Source: a virus. Taken from it: a DNA stretch of 64,000 nucleotides. The stretch is from positions 129,019 through 193,018 of the IMG/VR virus record IMGVR_UViG_3300017991_000003. One strand, written 5' to 3'. A program made the position numbers and the translations under genes. Below the pieces are notes generated by a model. That model was not told the DNA's origin, made no database searches, and worked only from the letters and a program-made list of their open reading frames with translations. This document shows, in pieces, positions 8,534-15,711 of the stretch; within the stretch, counting starts at the first letter, position 1; the number at the start of each line of letters is the position of its first letter.

Positions 8534-9211
8534 ATGAGCAAAGTACCACCCCTATTCATTCACGTACCGAAGACCGGTGGCATGTCCGTGCACCATGGAC
8601 TAGGCCGCCTGATCCGAGAGACGCTGTCTCGAGACAAGCTGAAGTCTCTGGACTACGCGGCGACGATCGAGCAGCACATGCGCTCCAAGGGTGAGCCTAC
8701 TCCGGGGTACCGTCATGCCCGGTGGCGTGACGTCAAGCCGGGGTGGCGGGATAAGGGCCGCTGTTTCACGGTGCTGCGCAATCCGTGGTCCCGTGTGGTC
8801 AGTCGCTACCGGTTCGGACTCAATACCTGGGCGACGCGTCCCTACAACTACACGAACTTCGAGGAGTTTCTTGCGGAGCATGAGGAGTGGGGCCAAGAGC
8901 CGTACTACTGGCACCGCGCCGTGCGGGGCTGGTACCCTGCGGTGGATCACGTGACGGACGGCCAGGGCAACCTCAAGTGCGATGTTCTGCGTACGGAGCA
9001 CCTGGACGATGACATCTGGGCCTACTTCGGGAAGCGGCTACCTCCGCGCCGACGCAACGTCACGCGCGGCGATGCCGTGGACTACAAGACCTTCTACGAC
9101 GATCGAACCATCCAGCTGGTGGCAGACTGGTATGCCGAGGACATTGAGATGTTCGGCTTTGACTTCGACACGCCGGCGACGAAGAACCTGTGGGAGGGCC
9201 TAGGAGCATGA
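8534..9211 (+). CDS. sulfotransferase (PAPS-dependent, carbohydrate sulfotransferase-like)
   Basis: N-terminal LFIHVPKTGGMSV matches the 5'-phosphosulfate-binding motif (PKTGTT-like); TVLRNPWSRVVSRY matches the 3'-phosphate-binding motif (RDPxxRxxS). Confidence 0.65.
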   Translation: MSKVPPLFIHVPKTGGMSVHHGLGRLIRETLSRDKLKSLDYAATIEQHMRSKGEPTPGYRHARWRDVKPGWRDKGRCFTVLRNPWSRVVSRYRFGLNTWATRPYNYTNFEEFLAEHEEWGQEPYYWHRAVRGWYPAVDHVTDGQGNLKCDVLRTEHLDDDIWAYFGKRLPPRRRNVTRGDAVDYKTFYDDRTIQLVADWYAEDIEMFGFDFDTPATKNLWEGLGA

Positions 9212-9765
9212 TGGTTGGCAAGAACCAGGGCAGTCTCCTGGTTGTGCAGCAGATCCCAGAGAACAGCGTGGGTGCCGAGCTCGGCGTCTGGCGCGGGGAC
9301 ACATCAGCCCGCTTCCTAGCTAGCGGTAAGATCAAGCACTTGCACCTGGTGGATGCTTGGAGTCCCGACCCTTACTACGGCATCGAAGGCTACCGAGAGA
9401 AGTACGCCAAGCTGGTCGGATCGGGTGATCTCGACGCCTTTCGCGCCTACTACGACGCGGTCCTAGCCGGTGTCCGCAGGCGGTTTCAAGGCCAGCCCGT
9501 TACGATCCACCAAACCACTGTGCACGAGTTTCTGACTGAGCCCCCGGAGGATCTCGACTGGGTCTACGTGGACGCGAGTCACGAGTACCTCGACGTCCTT
9601 GATGATCTCGAGCGCTGTGCCCGTCACGTGGATCTGATCTTTGGGGATGACTACGGCAACAAGCCAGGGGTGGTTCGCGCTGTCGACGAGTTTGATCGGA
9701 CGCACCCCGAGTGGCACCTCCAGGTCCTGGGCAAGAACCAGTACCGCCTCGATAGGAAGGTCTGA
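9208..9765 (+). CDS. class I SAM-dependent methyltransferase (O-methyltransferase, Methyltransf_24-like)
   Basis: ATG at 9208 overlaps upstream TGA (ATGA). GAELGVWRGDTS glycine-rich motif, VDAW, DLDWVYVDASHEY and GDDY resemble the TylF/MycF-type fold. Confidence 0.55.
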   Translation: MMVGKNQGSLLVVQQIPENSVGAELGVWRGDTSARFLASGKIKHLHLVDAWSPDPYYGIEGYREKYAKLVGSGDLDAFRAYYDAVLAGVRRRFQGQPVTIHQTTVHEFLTEPPEDLDWVYVDASHEYLDVLDDLERCARHVDLIFGDDYGNKPGVVRAVDEFDRTHPEWHLQVLGKNQYRLDRKV

Positions 9766-10271
9766 TGCACCCATCAAGCAAGGCCAATATGAGGGAGGCC
9801 TGGGCACTCGTTCCCGACCCCCACCGCGTCGGGGACGTCCTTGATGTAGGCGGCGGTCGTGGCGGGGAATACCAGGAAATCTGGAAAGGGTGTGCTAGCT
9901 ACCGAACGGCTGACATTGCAGGTGACTGCGACCTCTTGATGCCTGGTGAGTACGAGATTCCACTTCCGGATGATTCGATCGATGTGGTGATTAGCGGCCA
10001 GACACTGGAGCATGTCCGCAACCCTTTCCGCCTCGTCACCGAGATGCGCCGGGTACTGAAGCCCGGTGGCTACGTGGTGATCATCGCCCCGTCCGCGGGC
10101 CCGGCCCATTTCAAGATCGACTGCTGGCGCTTCGTCCGGGATGCGTTCCGGGCCATCGCCCACGAGTGCGATCTAGAGGTTGTTGCCGATTGGATCTATA
10201 CCGGGGACTCTGGCCGAGGTCCTAACAAGCAGTGGAACGATCACACCTTCGTGGGGAGGAAGCCCGAGTGA
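9765..10271 (+). CDS. class I SAM-dependent methyltransferase (Methyltransf_11-like)
   Basis: VLDVGGGRG (motif I), DVVISGQTLEHV and LKPGGYVVI (motif III-like); 1-nt overlap with upstream stop. Confidence 0.6.
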   Translation: MHPSSKANMREAWALVPDPHRVGDVLDVGGGRGGEYQEIWKGCASYRTADIAGDCDLLMPGEYEIPLPDDSIDVVISGQTLEHVRNPFRLVTEMRRVLKPGGYVVIIAPSAGPAHFKIDCWRFVRDAFRAIAHECDLEVVADWIYTGDSGRGPNKQWNDHTFVGRKPE

Positions 10272-10969
10272 ATGCGTATGCCATCACGCTCTTCGGTAAC
10301 GAGACCAGCACCCAGAGCGTTGACAAGCTCTTTGAGTCCCATGTGGCGCTTGAGCAGCATTTCGATCTGATCCGCTTCCCGGCCATCACTCCTGACCAGA
10401 ACCAGGAGATCATGGCGGAGGAGCGCCTGGTGTGGACCTATCCCTGGGAAAACAACCGGCTGGATGGGATCACTGGCTTGAAGCTGCATCCCTACGCCAC
10501 ACGTGATCGGGGTGCGCGGATCGCCTGCTTCCTATCGCACTACCACCTCTGGAAGCTGGCCTGCGAGACTGGGGAGTGGGTGATGATCCTGGAGGACGAC
10601 ACGGTATTCACCAAGCACCTAGACCTAGACAGCCTGCCTTACCGTGAGTGGAGCGCCGTCGGCATCAACAACCCACTAGGGGCGACGCGTCGAGCGCCTG
10701 TGTTCCACGACAAGGTCGTGGCGCAGCGTCCGACTCCGATCATCGAGACCCCGTGGGTTGATGATGAAGTCAGGACCCCGCAGGGGCTGGCCGGCCACAG
10801 TGCCTACATGATCAGCCCTGAGCTGGCTAAGGACCTGATCCATCGAGCCCGTCATGCGGGTTGCTGGCCTAACGACGCATTGATGTGCAAGCAGCTGTAC
10901 CCTGGGAAGCTCGGGGTCACAACCGAGTTCTACACCCGAGTCCAGCAGACCCCGAGTACTCTGGCATGA
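10268..10969 (+). CDS. glycosyltransferase family 25-like protein
   Basis: GTG at 10268 (GTGA overlap). AYAITLFGNETS, IACFLSHYHLWKLA and VMILEDDTVF match GT25 (LPS/LOS glycosyltransferase) signature order. Confidence 0.55.
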   Translation: MNAYAITLFGNETSTQSVDKLFESHVALEQHFDLIRFPAITPDQNQEIMAEERLVWTYPWENNRLDGITGLKLHPYATRDRGARIACFLSHYHLWKLACETGEWVMILEDDTVFTKHLDLDSLPYREWSAVGINNPLGATRRAPVFHDKVVAQRPTPIIETPWVDDEVRTPQGLAGHSAYMISPELAKDLIHRARHAGCWPNDALMCKQLYPGKLGVTTEFYTRVQQTPSTLA

Positions 10970-11628
10970 AGGCGCGCGTCATCACCCTGATCCACAACAA
11001 GCGATCTGTTCAGGTAGCGAATCGGTGCATTGAGAGCGCTGCAAGGTTCGGCGTTGAGGTTGATATCTTCCCGGCCATCAGGGCGGCGGATAACCCCAAG
11101 GCCCTGATGTTCGAGCGGAAGTTCTCGATGAAGGGGTTTGAGGACAATGAGTACTCGCGTCTTGAGCCGTGCCTGGCTACGTTCCTCTCCCACTCTCGCC
11201 TATGGGAGCTTGCGGTGCTGCTAAAGGAGGCAGTCCTGATCCTCGAGCACGACGCTGTGTTCCAGGCTCCGCTCCCGGAGATGATCGAGGAGCGGGTGAA
11301 GATGCTCTGCAATCTGGGCAAACCGAGCTTCGGCTCCTTCAAGACCCCGAAAGAGGGGCTAGGCCCGTTCGTGTCCAAGCCCGGCGGCTATCTAGGCGGC
11401 GCCCACGCGTACCTGGTCCAGCCTGAGGCCGCTGAGGTGATGTTGGAGAAGGCCAAGACAGAGGCGGAGCCGGCCGATGTGTTCATCCAGAAGAAGCGCT
11501 TCCCCTGGATGACTGAGTACTACCCGTGGCCGGTGATCTGCGATGACTCCTTCTCCACCATCCAGAAGCCCGCAGGTTGCACGGCCAAGCACAACAAGGT
11601 CGAGATCATCGATCAGGATGAATCGTGA
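10966..11628 (+). CDS. glycosyltransferase family 25-like protein (second copy, divergent)
   Basis: ATG at 10966 (ATGA overlap). MKARVITLIHNKRS, ATFLSHSRLWELA and VLILEHDAVF mirror the GT25 pattern of the adjacent gene. Confidence 0.55.
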   Translation: MKARVITLIHNKRSVQVANRCIESAARFGVEVDIFPAIRAADNPKALMFERKFSMKGFEDNEYSRLEPCLATFLSHSRLWELAVLLKEAVLILEHDAVFQAPLPEMIEERVKMLCNLGKPSFGSFKTPKEGLGPFVSKPGGYLGGAHAYLVQPEAAEVMLEKAKTEAEPADVFIQKKRFPWMTEYYPWPVICDDSFSTIQKPAGCTAKHNKVEIIDQDES

Positions 11629-11861
11629 GGCTGCTAAGTCGCGCCTACTGGGCGGAGGTCGTCGAGTGCGACTACTGCCCTAATCCTGAAGAACCGCCCG
11701 CGCTTGTTTGTGGTGTCTGCGGCGATACGGGGAAAGCCCCGCGATGGCGTCGGGCTTGGCGCGATGTCTTCCGGTGTAGTGCTCTGGTGGGCCATCCTGA
11801 TAGGAGCCCTGCTTGTGGGGGCGTTGGCTCAGTAAAAACAACGCGTTGTTTTGTCGGGTAG
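11625..11861 (+). CDS. small Cys-rich protein, possible zinc ribbon
   Basis: GTG start overlapping upstream stop; CDYC...CGVC pair of CxxC motifs; last gene of the rightward operon. Confidence 0.35.
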   Translation: MRLLSRAYWAEVVECDYCPNPEEPPALVCGVCGDTGKAPRWRRAWRDVFRCSALVGHPDRSPACGGVGSVKTTRCFVG

Positions 11862-11884
11862 GTAGCTAAAACAACGTGTTGTTA
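11835..11884. terminator. pair of AT-rich palindromes between convergent operons (candidate bidirectional terminator or operator)
   Basis: Perfect palindrome AAAACAACGCGTTGTTTT (11835-11852) and near-copy AAAACAACGTGTTGTT (11868-11883), conspicuously AT-rich in a GC-rich genome; sit between the 3' ends of the plus operon and the minus gene 11922..12179. Confidence 0.4.
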
Positions 11885-11921
11885 GGCACCCCAGCGCCCG
11901 AGGGCGCCGGGGGCCTGGTTC

Positions 11922-12179
11922 TCAGGGGCGGAGCCGCAGCCCCCGAGAGGTGACCAGCACCTTACGGTGCGGGACCTTGGGGAGCTTCGGCAGGGGCGGG
12001 AGGTCGACGTCGGTGTCGACGACCGCCTCCACCAGGGACTCGCCGTCCGCCCCGCTGATGTGGAGGCGGCGGTGCTCGCTGTTCTCGGTCACGTGGACCG
12101 AGCCCAGCGGGGTTTTGACCTTGGCGATGGTTCGCTCGGGGGCGATCCACGCCAAGATCTCGTCGAAGAACCCCATCAC
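11922..12179 (-). CDS. hypothetical protein (85 aa)
   Basis: Complete ORF, last gene of the leftward operon, coupled to the upstream gene by a 4-nt overlap. Confidence 0.45.
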   Translation of the reverse strand: MMGFFDEILAWIAPERTIAKVKTPLGSVHVTENSEHRRLHISGADGESLVEAVVDTDVDLPPLPKLPKVPHRKVLVTSRGLRLRP

Positions 12180-12358
12180 TTGCAGAGCAGCGGGTTCTTC
12201 CCCCGCTGCTTGATGCGGCGCACCCTCGCGCGGAGGGTGTGCTCGATGGAGAGGGGCTGCCCGCGGAGGCGGGAGGTGACGGCGATGTCTAGGCCGCGCA
12301 TGGGGGAGATCTTCCCCCGGCGGACCTTGAGCATCACCTGGCGACTGAGATTGCTCAT
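12176..12358 (-). CDS. small basic hypothetical protein (60 aa)
   Basis: Complete ORF; Arg/Lys-rich; 4-nt overlaps on both sides. Confidence 0.4.
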   Translation of the reverse strand: MSNLSRQVMLKVRRGKISPMRGLDIAVTSRLRGQPLSIEHTLRARVRRIKQRGKNPLLCK

Positions 12359-12555
12359 GTGGTCAGGTGGTCGGCGAAGGCCCAGGTGACGGCCTCCGCG
12401 AAGTTGGGGGTGAGGGTGGCGTAGCCCGTCTCTACGTGGGAGACGTGGGACTGACTGAACCCGATACGCGCAGCGAACTGCGCTTGGGACAGGCCCAGCC
12501 CCTTCCTGATCCAGCGGACCAGGCGGGGGCTGAGCTCGACGGTGGTGGCGATCAC
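12355..12555 (-). CDS. helix-turn-helix transcriptional regulator (XRE/Cro-CI family)
   Basis: LGLSQAQFAARIGFSQSHVSHVETG is a classic HTH_3 motif; 66 aa. Confidence 0.6.
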   Translation of the reverse strand: MIATTVELSPRLVRWIRKGLGLSQAQFAARIGFSQSHVSHVETGYATLTPNFAEAVTWAFADHLTT

Positions 12556-12839
12556 GACGCCTCCTCCGCGTCCGCCCAGGCTCGGGCGATCTGACGCATG
12601 GGAGCCCTCTGGGAGAGGGGCCGGACGGTCACGAGAGTGATGAGACGCTTGTGGCCGATCGTGATGAGCGGCTGCTCGTAGCCGCCCCGCGAGGCGGCCT
12701 CACGCACCTTCTTTTTGAAGGTGGTGAGCTGCGGGCTGTGAGCAGGCAGGCCGATCAGGGATTGACCTACTTCCTCGAACACCTCGCAGATGACCTCGGG
12801 CATGAGGGGCCGCAGCGGTTCTCGCATGGGGTTCTTCAT
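12552..12839 (-). CDS. hypothetical protein (95 aa)
   Basis: Internal ATG (MKNPMREPLRPLMPEVICEVFEE...) of track ORF 12552..13226; ATGA overlap with the stop of the upstream gene. The upstream 129 aa of the track ORF are Arg/His/Pro-rich read-through. Confidence 0.45.
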   Translation of the reverse strand: MKNPMREPLRPLMPEVICEVFEEVGQSLIGLPAHSPQLTTFKKKVREAASRGGYEQPLITIGHKRLITLVTVRPLSQRAPMRQIARAWADAEEAS

Positions 12840-13180
12840 CGGATCTCGAACCCCAGCTTTTCGGCGAGTTCGACCGTGGCGGTGCGGCTCGTGTGGTGGC
12901 GGGAGAACGCCACCTCGCCGGTGGCGAGGTCCACGTACCAGCGGTTGCCGCCGCCAATGCCGTAGATCGTCACGTGACCGGACTGGCCACGCATACGCAG
13001 GGCGTGGCCCCACGTGTATTGAGAGGACTCGGGGTCCTCGATGGAGTCCATCTGGCTCAGGAGCCAGGCGACCCCGTTTGCGTCGCGGCGCTCCTCGTCG
13101 TAGGTCGACGAGAAGCCCTCGACTTCTGCCATGTCGATGAGCGTCTCGGCGCTCATGATACGACCGGTCAGGGTGGTCAT
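12836..13180 (-). CDS. hypothetical protein (114 aa)
   Basis: Complete ORF, non-repetitive composition; first gene of the leftward operon, directly preceded by the 42-bp repeat. Confidence 0.5.
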   Translation of the reverse strand: MTTLTGRIMSAETLIDMAEVEGFSSTYDEERRDANGVAWLLSQMDSIEDPESSQYTWGHALRMRGQSGHVTIYGIGGGNRWYVDLATGEVAFSRHHTSRTATVELAEKLGFEIR

Positions 13181-13183
13181 GGT

Positions 13184-13225
13184 GTTGGGTGGTGAGGGTG
13201 TCTCCGGGTAGACATCCCCGGATCA
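13184..13225 (-). promoter_or_regulatory. 42-bp conserved upstream element, copy 1 (identical to 14851-14892)
   Basis: GTTGGGTGGTGAGGGTGTCTCCGGGTAGACATCCCCGGATCA, 3 nt upstream of the start codon at 13180. In gene sense it contains hairpin TCCGGG-gatgtcta-CCCGGA and a C-rich tract CACCCTCACCACCCAAC before ATG. Confidence 0.6.
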
Positions 13226-13339
13226 TTAGACTTATGCCCTAACCTCTCCCCCTCCTGGCGCTTTTGGTCCATACTGGGGGCACAACTTGACGCCCTTCGG
13301 GGCCGTCTCCCACGGATAACACAACTCCAGGAGAAGAGC

Positions 13340-14044
13340 ATGCTGCTCAACAACTTCAGCGTCCGCGTGCCTGAGGGACGCGAGCACCACCAGTACGTGG
13401 AGCTCCAGCACGACACCAAGTACAGCCTCGTCCTCGCCAACAAGAACACCGAGGACTGCGACGCCCGGGTAGAGATCGATGGGCAGGCTGTTGGGACCTG
13501 GCGGATCAAGGCCAAGTCCACGGTCCGGCTCGAGAGGCCGGTTGACTCGGAGGGTAGGTTTACCTTCTACAAACAAGGCACCGAGGAGGCGAGCAAGGCT
13601 CAGCTCGAGGCAGTCGGCGAGGACAAGCTCGGCCTGGTCTGCGTGTGGTTCACCCCGGCTAAGCGACAGCAGGTACCGCAGTGGATCAGTACCCCGCAGT
13701 GGGGCAGTCACTACCCGTCGCCTACGCCCCCGCCGATCCCCTTGGATTACCAAGTCGACTGCAACACGATCCAGACGGCTTTCTTCTGCGCGAGCTCTGC
13801 GGATATGCCTTCGATGAGCCAGAAGAGCGTGGGCTCGATCACGCGAGAGGCGCGCCTTATGTCTTCAGGAGGCACGGGCCTCTCGGGTAAGAGCACACAG
13901 CAGTTCGTTGAGGCTCAAGAGCTCGACCTAGACATGGATCGACAGACCTTCATCGCCCTGCGCCTCGTGTGCGTGGAGAAGGAGGAGTCGGACATCCGTC
14001 CTCTGGTGCAGCGAGCCACCCCTGTACCGCCGCCCCTGAAGTGA
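13340..14044 (+). CDS. hypothetical protein (234 aa), stand-alone rightward gene
   Basis: Complete ORF with GGAG 10 nt before ATG; flanked by leftward operons on both sides; Pro-rich segment PSPTPPPIPLDY. Confidence 0.5.
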   Translation: MLLNNFSVRVPEGREHHQYVELQHDTKYSLVLANKNTEDCDARVEIDGQAVGTWRIKAKSTVRLERPVDSEGRFTFYKQGTEEASKAQLEAVGEDKLGLVCVWFTPAKRQQVPQWISTPQWGSHYPSPTPPPIPLDYQVDCNTIQTAFFCASSADMPSMSQKSVGSITREARLMSSGGTGLSGKSTQQFVEAQELDLDMDRQTFIALRLVCVEKEESDIRPLVQRATPVPPPLK

Positions 14045-14058
14045 GGCAAAAAAGAAGG

Positions 14059-14081
14059 CTGGCACTGGCTCCCAGTGTCAG
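14059..14081 (-). repeat. inverted-repeat element copy E (CTGACACTGG-gag-CCAGTGCCA in minus orientation), terminator-like
   Basis: Plus strand reads ctggcactggctcccagtgtcag; on the minus strand it is followed by CCTTCTTTTTT (U-tract). Lies about 16 nt beyond the stop of gene 14097..14465 and shortly after the stop of plus gene 13340..14044. Confidence 0.5.
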
Positions 14082-14096
14082 TCTTCTTCTCGCGGC

Positions 14097-14465
14097 TCAC
14101 TCGGAGACGGCTCCAGCGGCTCGCATGGCCAGCGAGTGCAGGTAGTCGTACCGGTCCTTGAAGACATCGAAGGCCACAGTGCGGAGCTCGGCCTGGACCC
14201 AGGTGGCGTACTCGACCGGCGGTTCTTTCTGGATCAGCTCTTCAACGATCTCCCGAGGGAGGTAGGCGATGATCCAGTTCATGTCGTCCACGCGTCCCCC
14301 AGATCCCGGAGGTCCGAAGCCCAGCTGGTGCACAGCGTACTGAGCGCTTTCGATGAAGTCCTCGGGAACGTCGAAGTCGTCTCGCCGGCCAGCAGCGAGC
14401 ACCATGGCGGCCCAAGCCGCGTGGATACCTTGCCGGTACCCGCGCAGGTATTCGTCTTTAGTCAT
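14097..14465 (-). CDS. hypothetical protein (122 aa)
   Basis: Complete ORF; 8-nt overlap with upstream gene. Confidence 0.5.
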   Translation of the reverse strand: MTKDEYLRGYRQGIHAAWAAMVLAAGRRDDFDVPEDFIESAQYAVHQLGFGPPGSGGRVDDMNWIIAYLPREIVEELIQKEPPVEYATWVQAELRTVAFDVFKDRYDYLHSLAMRAAGAVSE

Positions 14466-14850
14466 GGTTAGGAGGGGTTTGGCAGGTCTGGTAGATGCGG
14501 GCCATCTGGTCGAGCGCCGTCAACCGGATGGTGATGATCTTGCGGGCCACGTTTGCGACGGTCGCGCCACTGCCCTGCCGCATCGACAGCTTGTGCGGCC
14601 GGGTCTGAAGGAGCTCAACGAGGTCCGTGTGAGCGAGGCGCTCGCGGAGGTCGGTGACGTACTCCGTGAGGAAGCCCTGAAGCTCCCCCGGCGGGTTGGC
14701 GGTCAGGACTGCCTTGGCCCTCGTGGGCGCGGTCCCGTCGAGCTGGCTCTGGAGGCGATCCCCGAAGGGAATCTGGGAGACCAGCTCGGCCCAGAGCCAG
14801 TCCCGGGCCAGGACCGCTGCCTGGCTGTAGATCTTGTCGGCGTGCTTCAT
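14458..14850 (-). CDS. hypothetical protein (130 aa)
   Basis: Complete ORF; start codon immediately adjacent to the second copy of the 42-bp element. Confidence 0.5.
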   Translation of the reverse strand: MKHADKIYSQAAVLARDWLWAELVSQIPFGDRLQSQLDGTAPTRAKAVLTANPPGELQGFLTEYVTDLRERLAHTDLVELLQTRPHKLSMRQGSGATVANVARKIITIRLTALDQMARIYQTCQTPPNHD

Positions 14851-14892
14851 GTTGGGTGGTGAGGGTGTCTCCGGGTAGACATCCCCGGATCA
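14851..14892 (-). promoter_or_regulatory. 42-bp conserved upstream element, copy 2
   Basis: Exact 42/42 match to 13184-13225, abutting the ATG at 14850. Similarity continues weakly for about 13 more nt (aaggactcatgac vs ttagacttatgcc). Confidence 0.6.
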
Positions 14893-15032
14893 AAGGACTC
14901 ATGACAGACCCAAGAGATGGGTTTGGCCCGCTAGTCCCTGGCACACATCCCGGCCTAGGCCCTAGACTTAGGACGAACCCTAAGGGCTCTTTCTGGGCCC
15001 CAAGTCCCCTTCTAACCGGATCCTGAGACACC

Positions 15033-15302
15033 ATGGACGCCGCCACTCTGTTCGAATCCCAGCTCCGCGAGAGCCTGGAGCGCCACAACACCCCCTCCAT
15101 CATGGACAAGATCGCCGCTTTCCACGCGGAGCAGGGCGATCTCGTCGAAGACGTTGTTGAGGAGCTCCCCCTGGAAGACCGACTCGCCAAGGTCGCTGAG
15201 GCCATCTCTGCTCGCCTGAACAGCGAGCCCGAGGAGCCCGAGGAGCCCGGGGAGGTCGAGGAGACCCCCGAGCAGAGCCTGCTCGAGCGCCTCCGCGGCT
15301 AG
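15033..15302 (+). CDS. small acidic hypothetical protein (89 aa)
   Basis: Complete ORF; Glu/Asp-rich with EPEEPEEPGEVEE; first gene of the rightward structural operon. Confidence 0.45.
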   Translation: MDAATLFESQLRESLERHNTPSIMDKIAAFHAEQGDLVEDVVEELPLEDRLAKVAEAISARLNSEPEEPEEPGEVEETPEQSLLERLRG

Positions 15303-15306
15303 ACCG

Positions 15307-15711
15307 GTGGATCTGGGGGTCGTTCAGGTCTCTGATCAAGTCCTGACCCCGGGCCTGGGGGACGCTCCGGTCCGGGTGTCAGGTCTTCGTGCCCTCGTAC
15401 AGCAGGCGGTCATCGAGCTCATCTCGAACCCCCTGCCGGAGCGAGGGCGCGGGGCTGGGCTAGCTCAGCTCGTTGCAGCCCTGCCTCCCCAGAACCAGGC
15501 ACAAGCTCGTGGCACCTTTGCGCAGGCCGTGAGCTCCGCCAAGACGCACATCTTGGCCAACCAGCGCTACGCTTCCAACCTCACCGCGAACGAGCGGCTG
15601 CAAGACATGACCCTGCTTCGGGCCGAGCTCAATGGGCTCGTCTGGGAGATCGACATCAGGATCACCAACGTAGCCGGCGAGTCCGCCACCTTTGCCCTGC
15701 CGGTCAGCTGA
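15307..15711 (+). CDS. hypothetical protein (134 aa)
   Basis: GTG start 4 nt after upstream stop; 1-nt overlap with the next gene. Confidence 0.45.
   Translation: MDLGVVQVSDQVLTPGLGDAPVRVSGLRALVQQAVIELISNPLPERGRGAGLAQLVAALPPQNQAQARGTFAQAVSSAKTHILANQRYASNLTANERLQDMTLLRAELNGLVWEIDIRITNVAGESATFALPVS

Noticed and set aside
11835-11884. CRISPR array
   Set aside because: Only two short palindromic repeats with a 15-nt gap; palindromic rather than direct, no spacer periodicity, no cas genes. No CRISPR-like array elsewhere in the window.
12552-13226. Long N-terminal extensions of several track ORFs (12552..13226, 1780..2412, 4487..5257, 25956..26888, 27736..28611, 28385..29815, 29575..30018)
   Set aside because: The upstream portions are Arg/Pro/His-rich read-through of the neighbouring gene in another frame; internal ATG/GTG starts overlapping the upstream stop give compact, coupled genes.
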